35,896 nt of DNA from NCBI GenBank assembly GCA_002409215.1, contig DHUO01000006.1, positions 2,419-38,314 of the forward strand, written 5' to 3'. The stretch is from Candidatus Dojkabacteria bacterium UBA5232 (GTDB taxonomy: Bacteria > Patescibacteriota > Dojkabacteria > SC72). The notes beneath the pieces were generated by a model that made no database searches, was not told the origin of the DNA, and was given only the letters and a program-made list of their open reading frames with translations. The position numbers were made by a program, and so were the translations under genes. Of the stretch, positions 1-6,584 are shown one piece after another. How positions within the stretch are numbered: position 1 is the stretch's first letter; each line of letters opens with the position of its first letter.

Positions 1-14
1 GAGAAGGAGATAAA

Positions 15-401
15 ATGTATATATCAAAAGAAGTAAAGAAAAGGATCATTGCCGCATTGGCAATTATCATTTTCGTTTTATTGTTTTTGCTTATTGCTCC
101 TGGAAAGAAGGGAGATACAAGTTCTCTCGAGAACTTCAGTTTTGTAAGAGAACAGAACCCTAGATATCTAGGTTCCTACACCCTTAAAAGGTGTAATCCA
201 GCAGCAGCAGCTGGTGCTTCATACGGTTGTTGGATCGAAACAGGAGAGTGGTCTTCCCACTTTGAACTCCTTACGGACTTAAACAGAAGAGTTGGTCTCT
301 CTTACACCACCTTTGGTGAGGGCACTTTTCGTGCTTCACCCGGATACAGTTGGGTATTAAGAGGGGATTTTCTCCAACTAGAGAAAACAAATAAAGATTA
401 G
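15..401 (+). CDS. hypothetical protein with one N-terminal transmembrane helix
   Basis: 128-aa ORF preceded by an AAGGAG Shine-Dalgarno-like motif at 4-9. Hydrophobic stretch IIAALAIIIFVLLFLLIA. No family recognised. Confidence 0.4.
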   Translation: MYISKEVKKRIIAALAIIIFVLLFLLIAPGKKGDTSSLENFSFVREQNPRYLGSYTLKRCNPAAAAGASYGCWIETGEWSSHFELLTDLNRRVGLSYTTFGEGTFRASPGYSWVLRGDFLQLEKTNKD

Positions 402-404
402 ACC

Positions 405-472
405 TTGGAAGAGGACCGCATACTAGAGCTAATGCTCAACATTTAATATGTTTGTATGTGGTTCCTCTCCAA
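405..472 (+). other. long imperfect hairpin enclosing two mini-hairpins (three-way-junction-like element)
   Basis: Arms 405-423 (TTGGAAGAGGACCGCATAC) and 454-472 (GTATGTGGTTCCTCTCCAA) pair over about 18 bp with one bulge per side and one G-U. Inside are GAGC/GCTC (426-429/434-437) and AACAT/ATGTT (438-442/448-452). No T-tract follows. Confidence 0.35.
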
Positions 473-529
473 TCTTCCTGCCCAATTTCATATATATGAT
501 AAAATAGATACATTAATCTCTCTTTCATC

Positions 530-1465
530 ATGCATATGAATAAAGAAATATATGATATCGCAATAATTGGTTCAGGACCTGCAGGATTAAGTGCTAGTAT
601 CTATGCAAGTAGATATAAATTAACAAACATTGTATTTGGTAAAGTATCCGGTGGAACCATAACAGAGGGGCATAAGATATGTAACTATCCAGGGTATGAA
701 GATATTTCAGGAATGGAATTAGGTATGAAGATGTTTAATCATGCTAAGAAGGAAGGCGGGCAAACTTCAACAGAGAGTATTGTTGATATTAAGAAAGAAG
801 GAGATGTTTTCAAGTTACTGACAGATACCAACAAGGAGTATTTTAGCAAGACATTGTTACTTGCAACAGGTACAGAGCGAAATGAGTTAGCTTTAGCTAG
901 TGGAGGTAGGTATTTAGGTAAAGGTCTTTCATATTGTGCTACATGTGATGGTATGTTTTTCAGAGGGAAGAGGGTTGCTGTTGTTGGTGGTAGTAGTTCT
1001 GCAACGATGTCTGCTGTTATGCTTTCTGATATTGCAGAGAAGGTATACATTATATACCGAGGGGAGGAGTTAAGGGGAGAGCCTGCTTGGGCAGAGCAAG
1101 CAAAGTCTACAGAGAATGTTGAGGTGATATACAGTACTAATGTAAAAGAGTTGTTTGGAGAGGACCGATTAGAGGGTGTGAAGCTTTCCCTCCCTTACAA
1201 AGGCTCTGAGGAGCTCAAAATTGATGGGCTTTTTGTTGAAATTGGCTCTCAGCCTAATATTGCACTTGCTAATGAACTTGGTGTAGAGGTTGATGATTCT
1301 AACTATATTATTGTAGATAAGGAACAGAAAACAAATGTTGAGGGTGTTTGGAGTGCAGGGGACTGTACAACGAACTCTAATCAATTCAAACAGGCTGTGG
1401 TCGCTGCTGGTGAAGGAGCTGTAGCTGCAAGCTCCATATATAGATATCTTAAAAGCCTTACCTAG
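530..1465 (+). CDS. trxB: thioredoxin-disulfide reductase
   Basis: 311-aa ORF with FAD motif GSGPAG, redox-active CATC (YCATCDG), a second dinucleotide-binding motif GGSSSA and C-terminal AGDCT. An alternative ATG lies at 536. Confidence 0.9.
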   Translation: MHMNKEIYDIAIIGSGPAGLSASIYASRYKLTNIVFGKVSGGTITEGHKICNYPGYEDISGMELGMKMFNHAKKEGGQTSTESIVDIKKEGDVFKLLTDTNKEYFSKTLLLATGTERNELALASGGRYLGKGLSYCATCDGMFFRGKRVAVVGGSSSATMSAVMLSDIAEKVYIIYRGEELRGEPAWAEQAKSTENVEVIYSTNVKELFGEDRLEGVKLSLPYKGSEELKIDGLFVEIGSQPNIALANELGVEVDDSNYIIVDKEQKTNVEGVWSAGDCTTNSNQFKQAVVAAGEGAVAASSIYRYLKSLT

Positions 1466-1658
1466 GTCTGCCCCTTGTTAAGAAGATTTTCATCTTTGGG
1501 TTATACATATCACAAAAGGTTTCCTAACCCTTGGCGTATGTAGGATGTTCTTTTTACAGATATACACGTATGGGAACACATCTCAGAAAGCCTTTCAAAA
1601 AGAAGAACTTTGAGGTTCTTAAAAAGTTCTGAACGAAGGCCAGGCCTAGGTCAGGCCT
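1454..1658 (+). repeat. copy A of a ~205-nt intergenic element with inverted GC-rich termini (MITE-like or structured RNA)
   Basis: Aligns end to end with the reverse complement of 17977-18185. Identical blocks are 1461-1484, 1513-1534 and 1581-1590, and 1621-1650 matches 29/30. Termini are built around CCTAGG/AGGCCT. Confidence 0.7.
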
Positions 1659-2139
1659 GTTGAGAGTTTACAAAATCAACCCACTCTTGGAGGTAGTTGG
1701 AGCTTGACCAGTATTTTGGATCTCCGACGTTAAACTCTATCATCCCACCGTTCTTTTCAATAGTGTCATACTCTGGAATGTTCTCTCTTGCTGTTCTGTC
1801 TCCACCTTTTGTGAAGACATCTGGTTTGATAATATCAACTGCCTCAACACAATCGTTTCTGGTTGTGCTGTTGTATATCACAACATAATCTACCCCCTTA
1901 ATACCATCTACAATCCTTGCTCTGTCCAGCTCCGCCATAAAAGGTTTACCTTTTTTAGTAACAGCTCTTTGATCTCCATCAACAATTACAACCAAAATAT
2001 CACCAAACTTCTTTGATTCCATAAGGCAGGATACATGTCCTGGATGAATTGGATCGTAAAAACCTGATGTACAAACAATCTTCTTTCCTTTGAGCTTTTC
2101 ATCTCTTAACTTAGGGAAATCTTCTAGAGGTATTATCAT
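1651..2139 (-). CDS. cytidylyl/adenylyltransferase-family protein (RfaE domain II / TagD-like)
   Basis: 162-aa ORF with an HxGH-type nucleotidyltransferase motif near the N-terminus (GFYDPIHPGHV). Size is typical of this family. Confidence 0.6.
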   Translation of the reverse strand: MIIPLEDFPKLRDEKLKGKKIVCTSGFYDPIHPGHVSCLMESKKFGDILVVIVDGDQRAVTKKGKPFMAELDRARIVDGIKGVDYVVIYNSTTRNDCVEAVDIIKPDVFTKGGDRTARENIPEYDTIEKNGGMIEFNVGDPKYWSSSNYLQEWVDFVNSQQA

Positions 2140-2295
2140 ATTTTTAAAATGACAACTTAATTAAGTATCTTACCTACCCTACTGATAATTGTCAAAAAAA
2201 CGATAATGGGGCTTGTAGTGTTTTTCTCTTTGAATACTTTTCTTCTATTTGCAACATATAACTAAAATTTGAGGAAATTGCCAAACTATGAGATA

Positions 2296-2324
2296 TTGAC
2301 CACCACAACCTGTTGTTGTATGTT
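2296..2324 (+). promoter_or_regulatory. candidate sigma70-type promoter of the nrdR-nrdD-nrdG operon
   Basis: TTGACC (2296-2301), a 17-nt spacer, then TATGTT (2319-2324), 32 nt upstream of the nrdR ATG. Confidence 0.4.
2303..2318 (+). promoter_or_regulatory. candidate NrdR box 1 (weaker)
   Basis: CCACAACCTGTTGTTG matches about 10/16 of the NrdR-box consensus acaCwAtATaTwGtgt, mainly in the outer arms. Its centre lies 32 bp from box 2, the canonical tandem spacing, and it sits in the promoter spacer. Confidence 0.4.
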
Positions 2325-2334
2325 GGATTCGATA

Positions 2335-2350
2335 ACACAATATATTGTAT
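2335..2350 (+). promoter_or_regulatory. NrdR box 2
   Basis: ACACAATATATTGTAT matches 15/16 of the NrdR-box consensus acaCwAtATaTwGtgt. It lies just downstream of the candidate -10. Confidence 0.7.
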
Positions 2351-2356
2351 AGAAAG

Positions 2357-2803
2357 ATGAAATGTCCATTTTGTGAATGTGAGGTCACGAAAGTTGTTGA
2401 TAAGAGAGATAACAACGAAGAGAACTCGACAAGAAGAAGAAGACAGTGCTTAAGATGTAGTAAGAGATTTACAACATATGAGCGAATGGAAGGGTTGGAT
2501 ATAACTGTTGTAAAGAAAGATGGCTCTTTAGAAAAATTTGATATACAGAAGGTGATTAAGGGTGTAAAGAAGGCTGTTGATACGGAGAAAGTAAGTGAGG
2601 ATGAGATAAGGGCATTTGCTGAAGAGATTGAGAGATTTGTTTTCAATAGCAAGGATCTTGTTAAGACAAAAAGCATTGGACTTAAGACATTGAAGTGGTT
2701 AAAGGGTAAGGATCATCTTGCATATATTAGGTTTGCCTCTGTATATAAAGAATTTGACAATTTAGAAGATATTAAAAAAGAAATTAAGAAATTAGAAGAT
2801 TAA
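2357..2803 (+). CDS. nrdR: transcriptional repressor NrdR (zinc ribbon + ATP-cone)
   Basis: MKCPFCECEVTKVVDKR...RRRRQCLRCSKRFTTYE is the canonical NrdR N-terminus with two CxxC pairs. The listed ORF starts at TTG 2345, but ATG 2357 gives the usual MxCPxC start. Confidence 0.92.
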   Translation: MKCPFCECEVTKVVDKRDNNEENSTRRRRQCLRCSKRFTTYERMEGLDITVVKKDGSLEKFDIQKVIKGVKKAVDTEKVSEDEIRAFAEEIERFVFNSKDLVKTKSIGLKTLKWLKGKDHLAYIRFASVYKEFDNLEDIKKEIKKLED

Positions 2804-2821
2804 TTTTTAGATAGTAAAAAC

Positions 2822-4906
2822 ATGCCCGATAAAAAAAGTATTCCTGTAAGTAGAAAAAAGACTCCTTCTGTTAAGAAAAGAGATGGTAGAGTTGTGAGAT
2901 TTAGTAAAGAGAGGATAGTTAGAGGTATATTTAAGGCTGCTGAGAGTGTTGGTGGAAAAGATAGGCAGAGAGCTGAGGAGATAGCAGATGAGGTTGTTAA
3001 AAGAATTAAGAAGAAGTATGGGAATAAGGATGTCATTAAGACAGAAAAGATTGCAGAGATTGTTTCTGAAACCTTAAAGGATATGGGACATGGGAAGACC
3101 TCTATTGCTTTTGATCTTTTTGTTAGTTTGAAGAATGAGATTAAGAATATTAAATCGTTGATTGATGCTAATACTTTAGTTAAGGATTATATTGATAAGC
3201 TGGATTGGCAAGTTAATGAAAATAGTAATATGGCCTACTCTTGGCAAGGGCTGAATAATTACATTTCATCTTCTGTTCAAGCAAACTATTGGTTGCATAG
3301 TATATATCCAAAGGAGATTTCTAATGGGAATATAAATAAGGATTTCCATATTCATGATTTAGGTATGTTAGCTACATACTGTTGTGGTTGGAGTTTGGAG
3401 GATTTGCTTCTAAAAGGTTTTACAGGTGTTCCGGGTAAGATTTCTTCAGCACCTGCTAAGCATTTTAGCACTGCATTGGGACAATGTGTAAACTTCTTAT
3501 ATACATTGCAACATGAGGCTGCAGGAGCTCAAGCTTTTTCGAGTTTTGATACTTTTCTTGCTCCTTTTGTAAGGTATGACAAGCTTTCTTACAAAGAGGT
3601 TAAACAGAAGATGCAAGAGTTTATCTACAATATGAATGTTCCAACTAGAGTTGGTTGTCAAATACCTTTTACAAATATAACAATGGACTTGATTCCTTCG
3701 GGTCAGTTAGCTGAACAGGGTGTGATAATTGGTGGGCAGGTGCAGAAAGAGAAGTATAAGGATTTTCAGAAAGAGATGGGGATGATTAATAAGGCATTTT
3801 GTGAAATTATGATGGAGGGTGATGCACAGGGAAGACTTTTCTCTTTCCCTATTCCAACATATAACTTAACTAAAGATTTTGATTGGGATAATCCAGACTA
3901 CAAACCAATTTGGGAGATGACTGCTAAGTACGGTATTCCATATTTTTCTAACTTCATTAATTCGGATATGAGTCCTGATGATGCTAGAAGTATGTGTTGT
4001 AGGTTGAGGTTGGATAATAGAGAGTTGAGAAAGAGAGGTGGTGGTTTGTTTGGTGCAAATCCTCTAACAGGTAGTATTGGTGTAGTGACAATAAACTTGC
4101 CTAGGATAGGATATGTTGCAAAGAATAAAAGAGAGTATTTTAAGATACTGAATAAGCAGATGGATTTGGCAAAGAAGAGTTTGATGATTAAGCGAAAGTT
4201 TGTTGAAGGATATATGGAGAAGGGTCTTTATCCATACTCTCGATACTATTTGGCAGATATTAAGAAAAGGTTTGGTGAGTATTACAAAAATCATTTTAAT
4301 ACGATTGGAATAATTGGACTTAATGAATCGTTGATGAATTTCTTTAAGAGTAAGGAGAAAGGTATTACCTCTGTGGAAGGAAGGGAGTTTGGTGTTGAGA
4401 TTATGCAACATATGAGGGAGAGATTAATGACATATCAACAGAAAACAGATCAGCTGTTTAATCTTGAGGCTACTCCTGGTGAGGGTGCTACATACAAATT
4501 TGCTAAGGCAGATAAGAAGAAGTTTGGAGATGACATTATTACAGCATCGGATGTAGCTATTCATGAGTGTGAGGATGCAGTACCCTACTATACTAATAGT
4601 TCTCAGATTCCCGTTGGGTATACGGAGGATATTTTTGAGGCGTTGGATCTTCAAGATGATTTTCAATGTTTGTATACAGGAGGGACTGTTCAACATGTGT
4701 ATATTGGTGAGAGAGTGAGTTCTGTTAATGCTACAAAGAATCTTGTTAGAAAGATTGCTGAGAATTACAGACTCCCCTACTTCTCTATTACTCCGACATT
4801 TAGTGTTTGTCCAAAGCATGGATATATTGCAGGTGAGCATCAGTACTGTCCTAAGTGTGATTGTGAGGTTGGGTATAGGGAGGGAATGTTATTTGAAGCT
4901 AAATAG
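2822..4906 (+). CDS. nrdD: anaerobic ribonucleoside-triphosphate reductase, catalytic body lacking the glycyl-radical C-terminus
   Basis: 694-aa ORF with an N-terminal ATP-cone (KRDGRVVRFSKERIV), class III RNR core motifs (SMCCRLRL, NLEATPGE) and the C-terminal Zn site CPKHGY...CPKC. It stops at TAG 4904-4906 before any RxxGY glycyl-radical motif. Confidence 0.9.
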   Translation: MPDKKSIPVSRKKTPSVKKRDGRVVRFSKERIVRGIFKAAESVGGKDRQRAEEIADEVVKRIKKKYGNKDVIKTEKIAEIVSETLKDMGHGKTSIAFDLFVSLKNEIKNIKSLIDANTLVKDYIDKLDWQVNENSNMAYSWQGLNNYISSSVQANYWLHSIYPKEISNGNINKDFHIHDLGMLATYCCGWSLEDLLLKGFTGVPGKISSAPAKHFSTALGQCVNFLYTLQHEAAGAQAFSSFDTFLAPFVRYDKLSYKEVKQKMQEFIYNMNVPTRVGCQIPFTNITMDLIPSGQLAEQGVIIGGQVQKEKYKDFQKEMGMINKAFCEIMMEGDAQGRLFSFPIPTYNLTKDFDWDNPDYKPIWEMTAKYGIPYFSNFINSDMSPDDARSMCCRLRLDNRELRKRGGGLFGANPLTGSIGVVTINLPRIGYVAKNKREYFKILNKQMDLAKKSLMIKRKFVEGYMEKGLYPYSRYYLADIKKRFGEYYKNHFNTIGIIGLNESLMNFFKSKEKGITSVEGREFGVEIMQHMRERLMTYQQKTDQLFNLEATPGEGATYKFAKADKKKFGDDIITASDVAIHECEDAVPYYTNSSQIPVGYTEDIFEALDLQDDFQCLYTGGTVQHVYIGERVSSVNATKNLVRKIAENYRLPYFSITPTFSVCPKHGYIAGEHQYCPKCDCEVGYREGMLFEAK

Positions 4907-4939
4907 TATCTTAATATTAAATTAATTAATTCAAAATAT

Positions 4940-5071
4940 ATGAAGAAGGTAAAAAGACAAAAATGTGAGGTGTATTCAAGAGTTGTTGGATATATTAGAC
5001 CGATTTCTCAATGGAATGTTGGTAAGCAGGCTGAGTGGAAGGATAGAAAGATGTTTAAAGTTTCAGCTTAA
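4940..5071 (+). CDS. stand-alone NrdD glycyl-radical segment (43 codons), in frame with nrdD
   Basis: Not in the ORF track because it is too short. It translates as MKKVKRQKCEVYSRVVGYIRPISQWNVGKQAEWKDRKMFKVSA*. EVYSRVVGY..P...WN.GK..E..DRK is the conserved NrdD C-terminal glycyl-radical signature. It shares the frame of 2822 and ends 2 nt before nrdG. Confidence 0.7.
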   Translation: MKKVKRQKCEVYSRVVGYIRPISQWNVGKQAEWKDRKMFKVSA

Positions 5072-5073
5072 AT

Positions 5074-5769
5074 ATGGTTAAAATTGCTGGGCTTGAGAGG
5101 GTTTCTTTAATAGATTATCCTGAGAAAATATCTGCCATCATTTTTACACACGGTTGTAATTTGAGGTGTTCTTTTTGTCATAATCCAGAGCTTGTTTTGG
5201 TTGATTTTGATGGTAATTTGGCTGTTAAAGAGAGTGGGCTTTTTGAGTATTTAGAGGGAAGGAAGGGGAAGATTGATGCTGTTGTTATTACAGGAGGAGA
5301 ACCTTTGTTGCATAAAGATATTGGGAAGTTAATTAAGAAGATTAAGGATATTGGATATTTGGTTAAGCTTGATAGTAATGGTTTTTTTCCTAAAGAGCTA
5401 AAGAGATTGATATCTAAAGGGTTGATTGATTATATAGCGATGGATGTGAAGTGGCCTGAGGATAGTTATGTTAAGTATAGTGGTGATGTTAAGGCTGTAG
5501 AGAAGATTAAGGATAGTATTTCTATTATTGAAAATAGTGGTATTGCTCATGAGTTTAGAACTACTGTTGTGAAGGGAATTCATGAGATAGAGGATGTTGA
5601 AGAAATTGTTAAAATGTTACCAGAAGATTCTCTTTTTTATATTCAAAATTTTAGGGCTGGGAAAACGATTAATCCTACATTAGATGGTTCTAACTCTTTT
5701 ACAGAGAAGGAGCTAAAAGATATTCTTAAAGTAGCCAGAAAACATGTTAAGAACTCCTATGTTAGATAG
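5074..5769 (+). CDS. nrdG: anaerobic ribonucleotide reductase activating protein (radical SAM)
   Basis: 231-aa ORF with the CxxxCxxC radical-SAM cluster motif (GCNLRCSFCHNPE) and the SAM-binding motif ITGGEPL. It lies immediately downstream of nrdD. Confidence 0.85.
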   Translation: MVKIAGLERVSLIDYPEKISAIIFTHGCNLRCSFCHNPELVLVDFDGNLAVKESGLFEYLEGRKGKIDAVVITGGEPLLHKDIGKLIKKIKDIGYLVKLDSNGFFPKELKRLISKGLIDYIAMDVKWPEDSYVKYSGDVKAVEKIKDSISIIENSGIAHEFRTTVVKGIHEIEDVEEIVKMLPEDSLFYIQNFRAGKTINPTLDGSNSFTEKELKDILKVARKHVKNSYVR

Positions 5770-6412
5770 ATGGGTTTTCTAGAACCTTTATTACCCTACC
5801 ATTAATCAAAGTATCACTATTTGCATCAATATATATTGGTTGATTTTGAGGGTTACTAGAGTCAGGGTATAGAATTACCATATTCTTACCTTTCTTAAAC
5901 CTCTTTACAGTTGCACAGTTATCTATTATCGCAACAACGATATCCCCATCTTCAAATTGTGCATCTTTTTGTACAACGATATATCTTCCATTATCTAGCT
6001 TTTCACCATCTATCTGCGCTAGATTCATAGAATCACCCTTGATAATAAGGCTAAACAAATTATTCTTCCTTCCGATTATGTTTCTATCAATCTTAAGAAC
6101 ACCTATATTTTCCTCCTCGGCACTTACCATTGGTAGTCCTGCATTTGCATATCCTAATATTGGGACTCCTACAAGATAGTCATATACTATCTGATCATCA
6201 TTCTCTACCATATGTATACCCCTTGGCTGACTAGTTCTGAAAATATAGCCTTTCTTCTCAAGGGCGGACAAATGTACAACGACACCTCTTTTTGTTGATA
6301 TACCTAGCGCTTCCCGTAGTTCGTTGAGTGAAGGAGCATATCCATTCTCTAAGTAACACTCTTTAATTATTCTAAGAACCTCTTCTTGTTTCTGAGTGAG
6401 TATACCATCCAT
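5762..6412 (-). CDS. lexA: LexA repressor (S24 peptidase)
   Basis: N-terminal winged helix (LTQKQEEVLRII...GYAPSLNELREALGIS), an Ala-Gly cleavage site (ANAGLP), catalytic Ser in GDSM and Lys in VKRF. Confidence 0.85.
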   Translation of the reverse strand: MDGILTQKQEEVLRIIKECYLENGYAPSLNELREALGISTKRGVVVHLSALEKKGYIFRTSQPRGIHMVENDDQIVYDYLVGVPILGYANAGLPMVSAEEENIGVLKIDRNIIGRKNNLFSLIIKGDSMNLAQIDGEKLDNGRYIVVQKDAQFEDGDIVVAIIDNCATVKRFKKGKNMVILYPDSSNPQNQPIYIDANSDTLINGRVIKVLENPSI

Positions 6413-6443
6413 ATGTGAGAATATTAAAATTAGATATATACCC

Positions 6444-6485
6444 AGTATACCCCCTTCGTGAAATTCTGCAACTACTTATAGTAGT
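6444..6485 (-). promoter_or_regulatory. candidate lexA promoter with adjacent 15-bp palindrome (possible operator)
   Basis: On the minus strand: TTGCAG (6466-6471), a 16-nt spacer, then TATACT (6444-6449). The perfect palindrome ACTACT-TAT-AGTAGT (6471-6485) abuts the -35. Confidence 0.3.
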
Positions 6486-6527
6486 AAGTTAGAACTGTCT
6501 TAAAGATTATATTATATCTTAATTTAC

Positions 6528-6556
6528 TTGAACCTTTTTTCAAGAAACAGTATACT
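6528..6556 (+). promoter_or_regulatory. candidate promoter of the lexA-divergent membrane-protein gene
   Basis: TTGAAC (6528-6533), a 17-nt spacer, then TATACT (6551-6556). The inverted repeat CTTGAA/TTCAAG (6527-6532/6539-6544) and a GAAC-N4-TTTC motif (6530-6541) overlap the -35. Confidence 0.3.
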
Positions 6557-6584
6557 TTTTATATTAATTTAATAATTTATTTAA

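Noticed and set aside
739-1050. Numerous 60-140-aa ORFs nested antisense or out of frame inside large genes. Examples: 739-1050, 1169-1384, 1697-1888, 2245-2676, 2800-3036, 4064-4411, 4424-4840, 8783-8986, 9253-9603, 10852-11061, 16593-16949, 18228-18524, 18813-19169, 23802-24077, 26570-26854, 33166-33384, 33427-33744, 34181-34474 and 34799-35137.
   Set aside because: Each lies wholly within a longer ORF that has strong family motifs. They have low-complexity or hydrophobic compositions typical of shadow frames and no independent support.
1462-1527. A conserved small ORF inside the left arm of the repeat element (LGLPLVKKIFIFGLYISQKVS* in copy A, LGLPLVKNLFIFWMCIPQKVS* in copy B).
   Set aside because: Copy A has no start codon in that frame, because a TAA at 1450-1452 is followed by no ATG, GTG or TTG. 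Six of the 9 nucleotide differences change the amino acid, so there is no sign of purifying selection on a peptide.
1641-1658. AGGTCAGG in the right end of the repeat element resembles the SRP RNA domain IV sequence.
   Set aside because: It is only a short match. The element is present twice in different contexts and lacks the rest of the SRP helix 8 motifs.
2286-2301. A third NrdR half-site-like sequence (CTATGAGATATTGACC).
   Set aside because: Only the right half matches the consensus, and its 49-bp spacing to the strong box is non-canonical.
4904-4906. The TAG inside nrdD might be a reassigned sense codon (alternative genetic code).
   Set aside because: TAG terminates several clearly complete genes in the same window: trxB at 1463-1465, uvrB at 14167-14169, dnaE at 18188-18190 and ORF 15-401. 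All large ORFs are intact under the standard bacterial code.
4870-4963. The insert in nrdD might be a self-splicing group I intron, as in phage T4 nrdD, or an intein.
   Set aside because: About 100 nt is far too short for a group I or group II intron core. It contains a stop codon, so it cannot be an intein. No homing endonuclease is present.
6443-6556. The shared octamer CAGTATAC (6443-6450 and 6548-6555), and similar AGTATA motifs near uvrB, dnaE and ORF 21616, might be a LexA box.
   Set aside because: These are the reverse or forward reading of TATACT/TATAxT -10 hexamers positioned as promoters. A single 8-mer repeat in a 172-bp AT-rich spacer is not statistically compelling.
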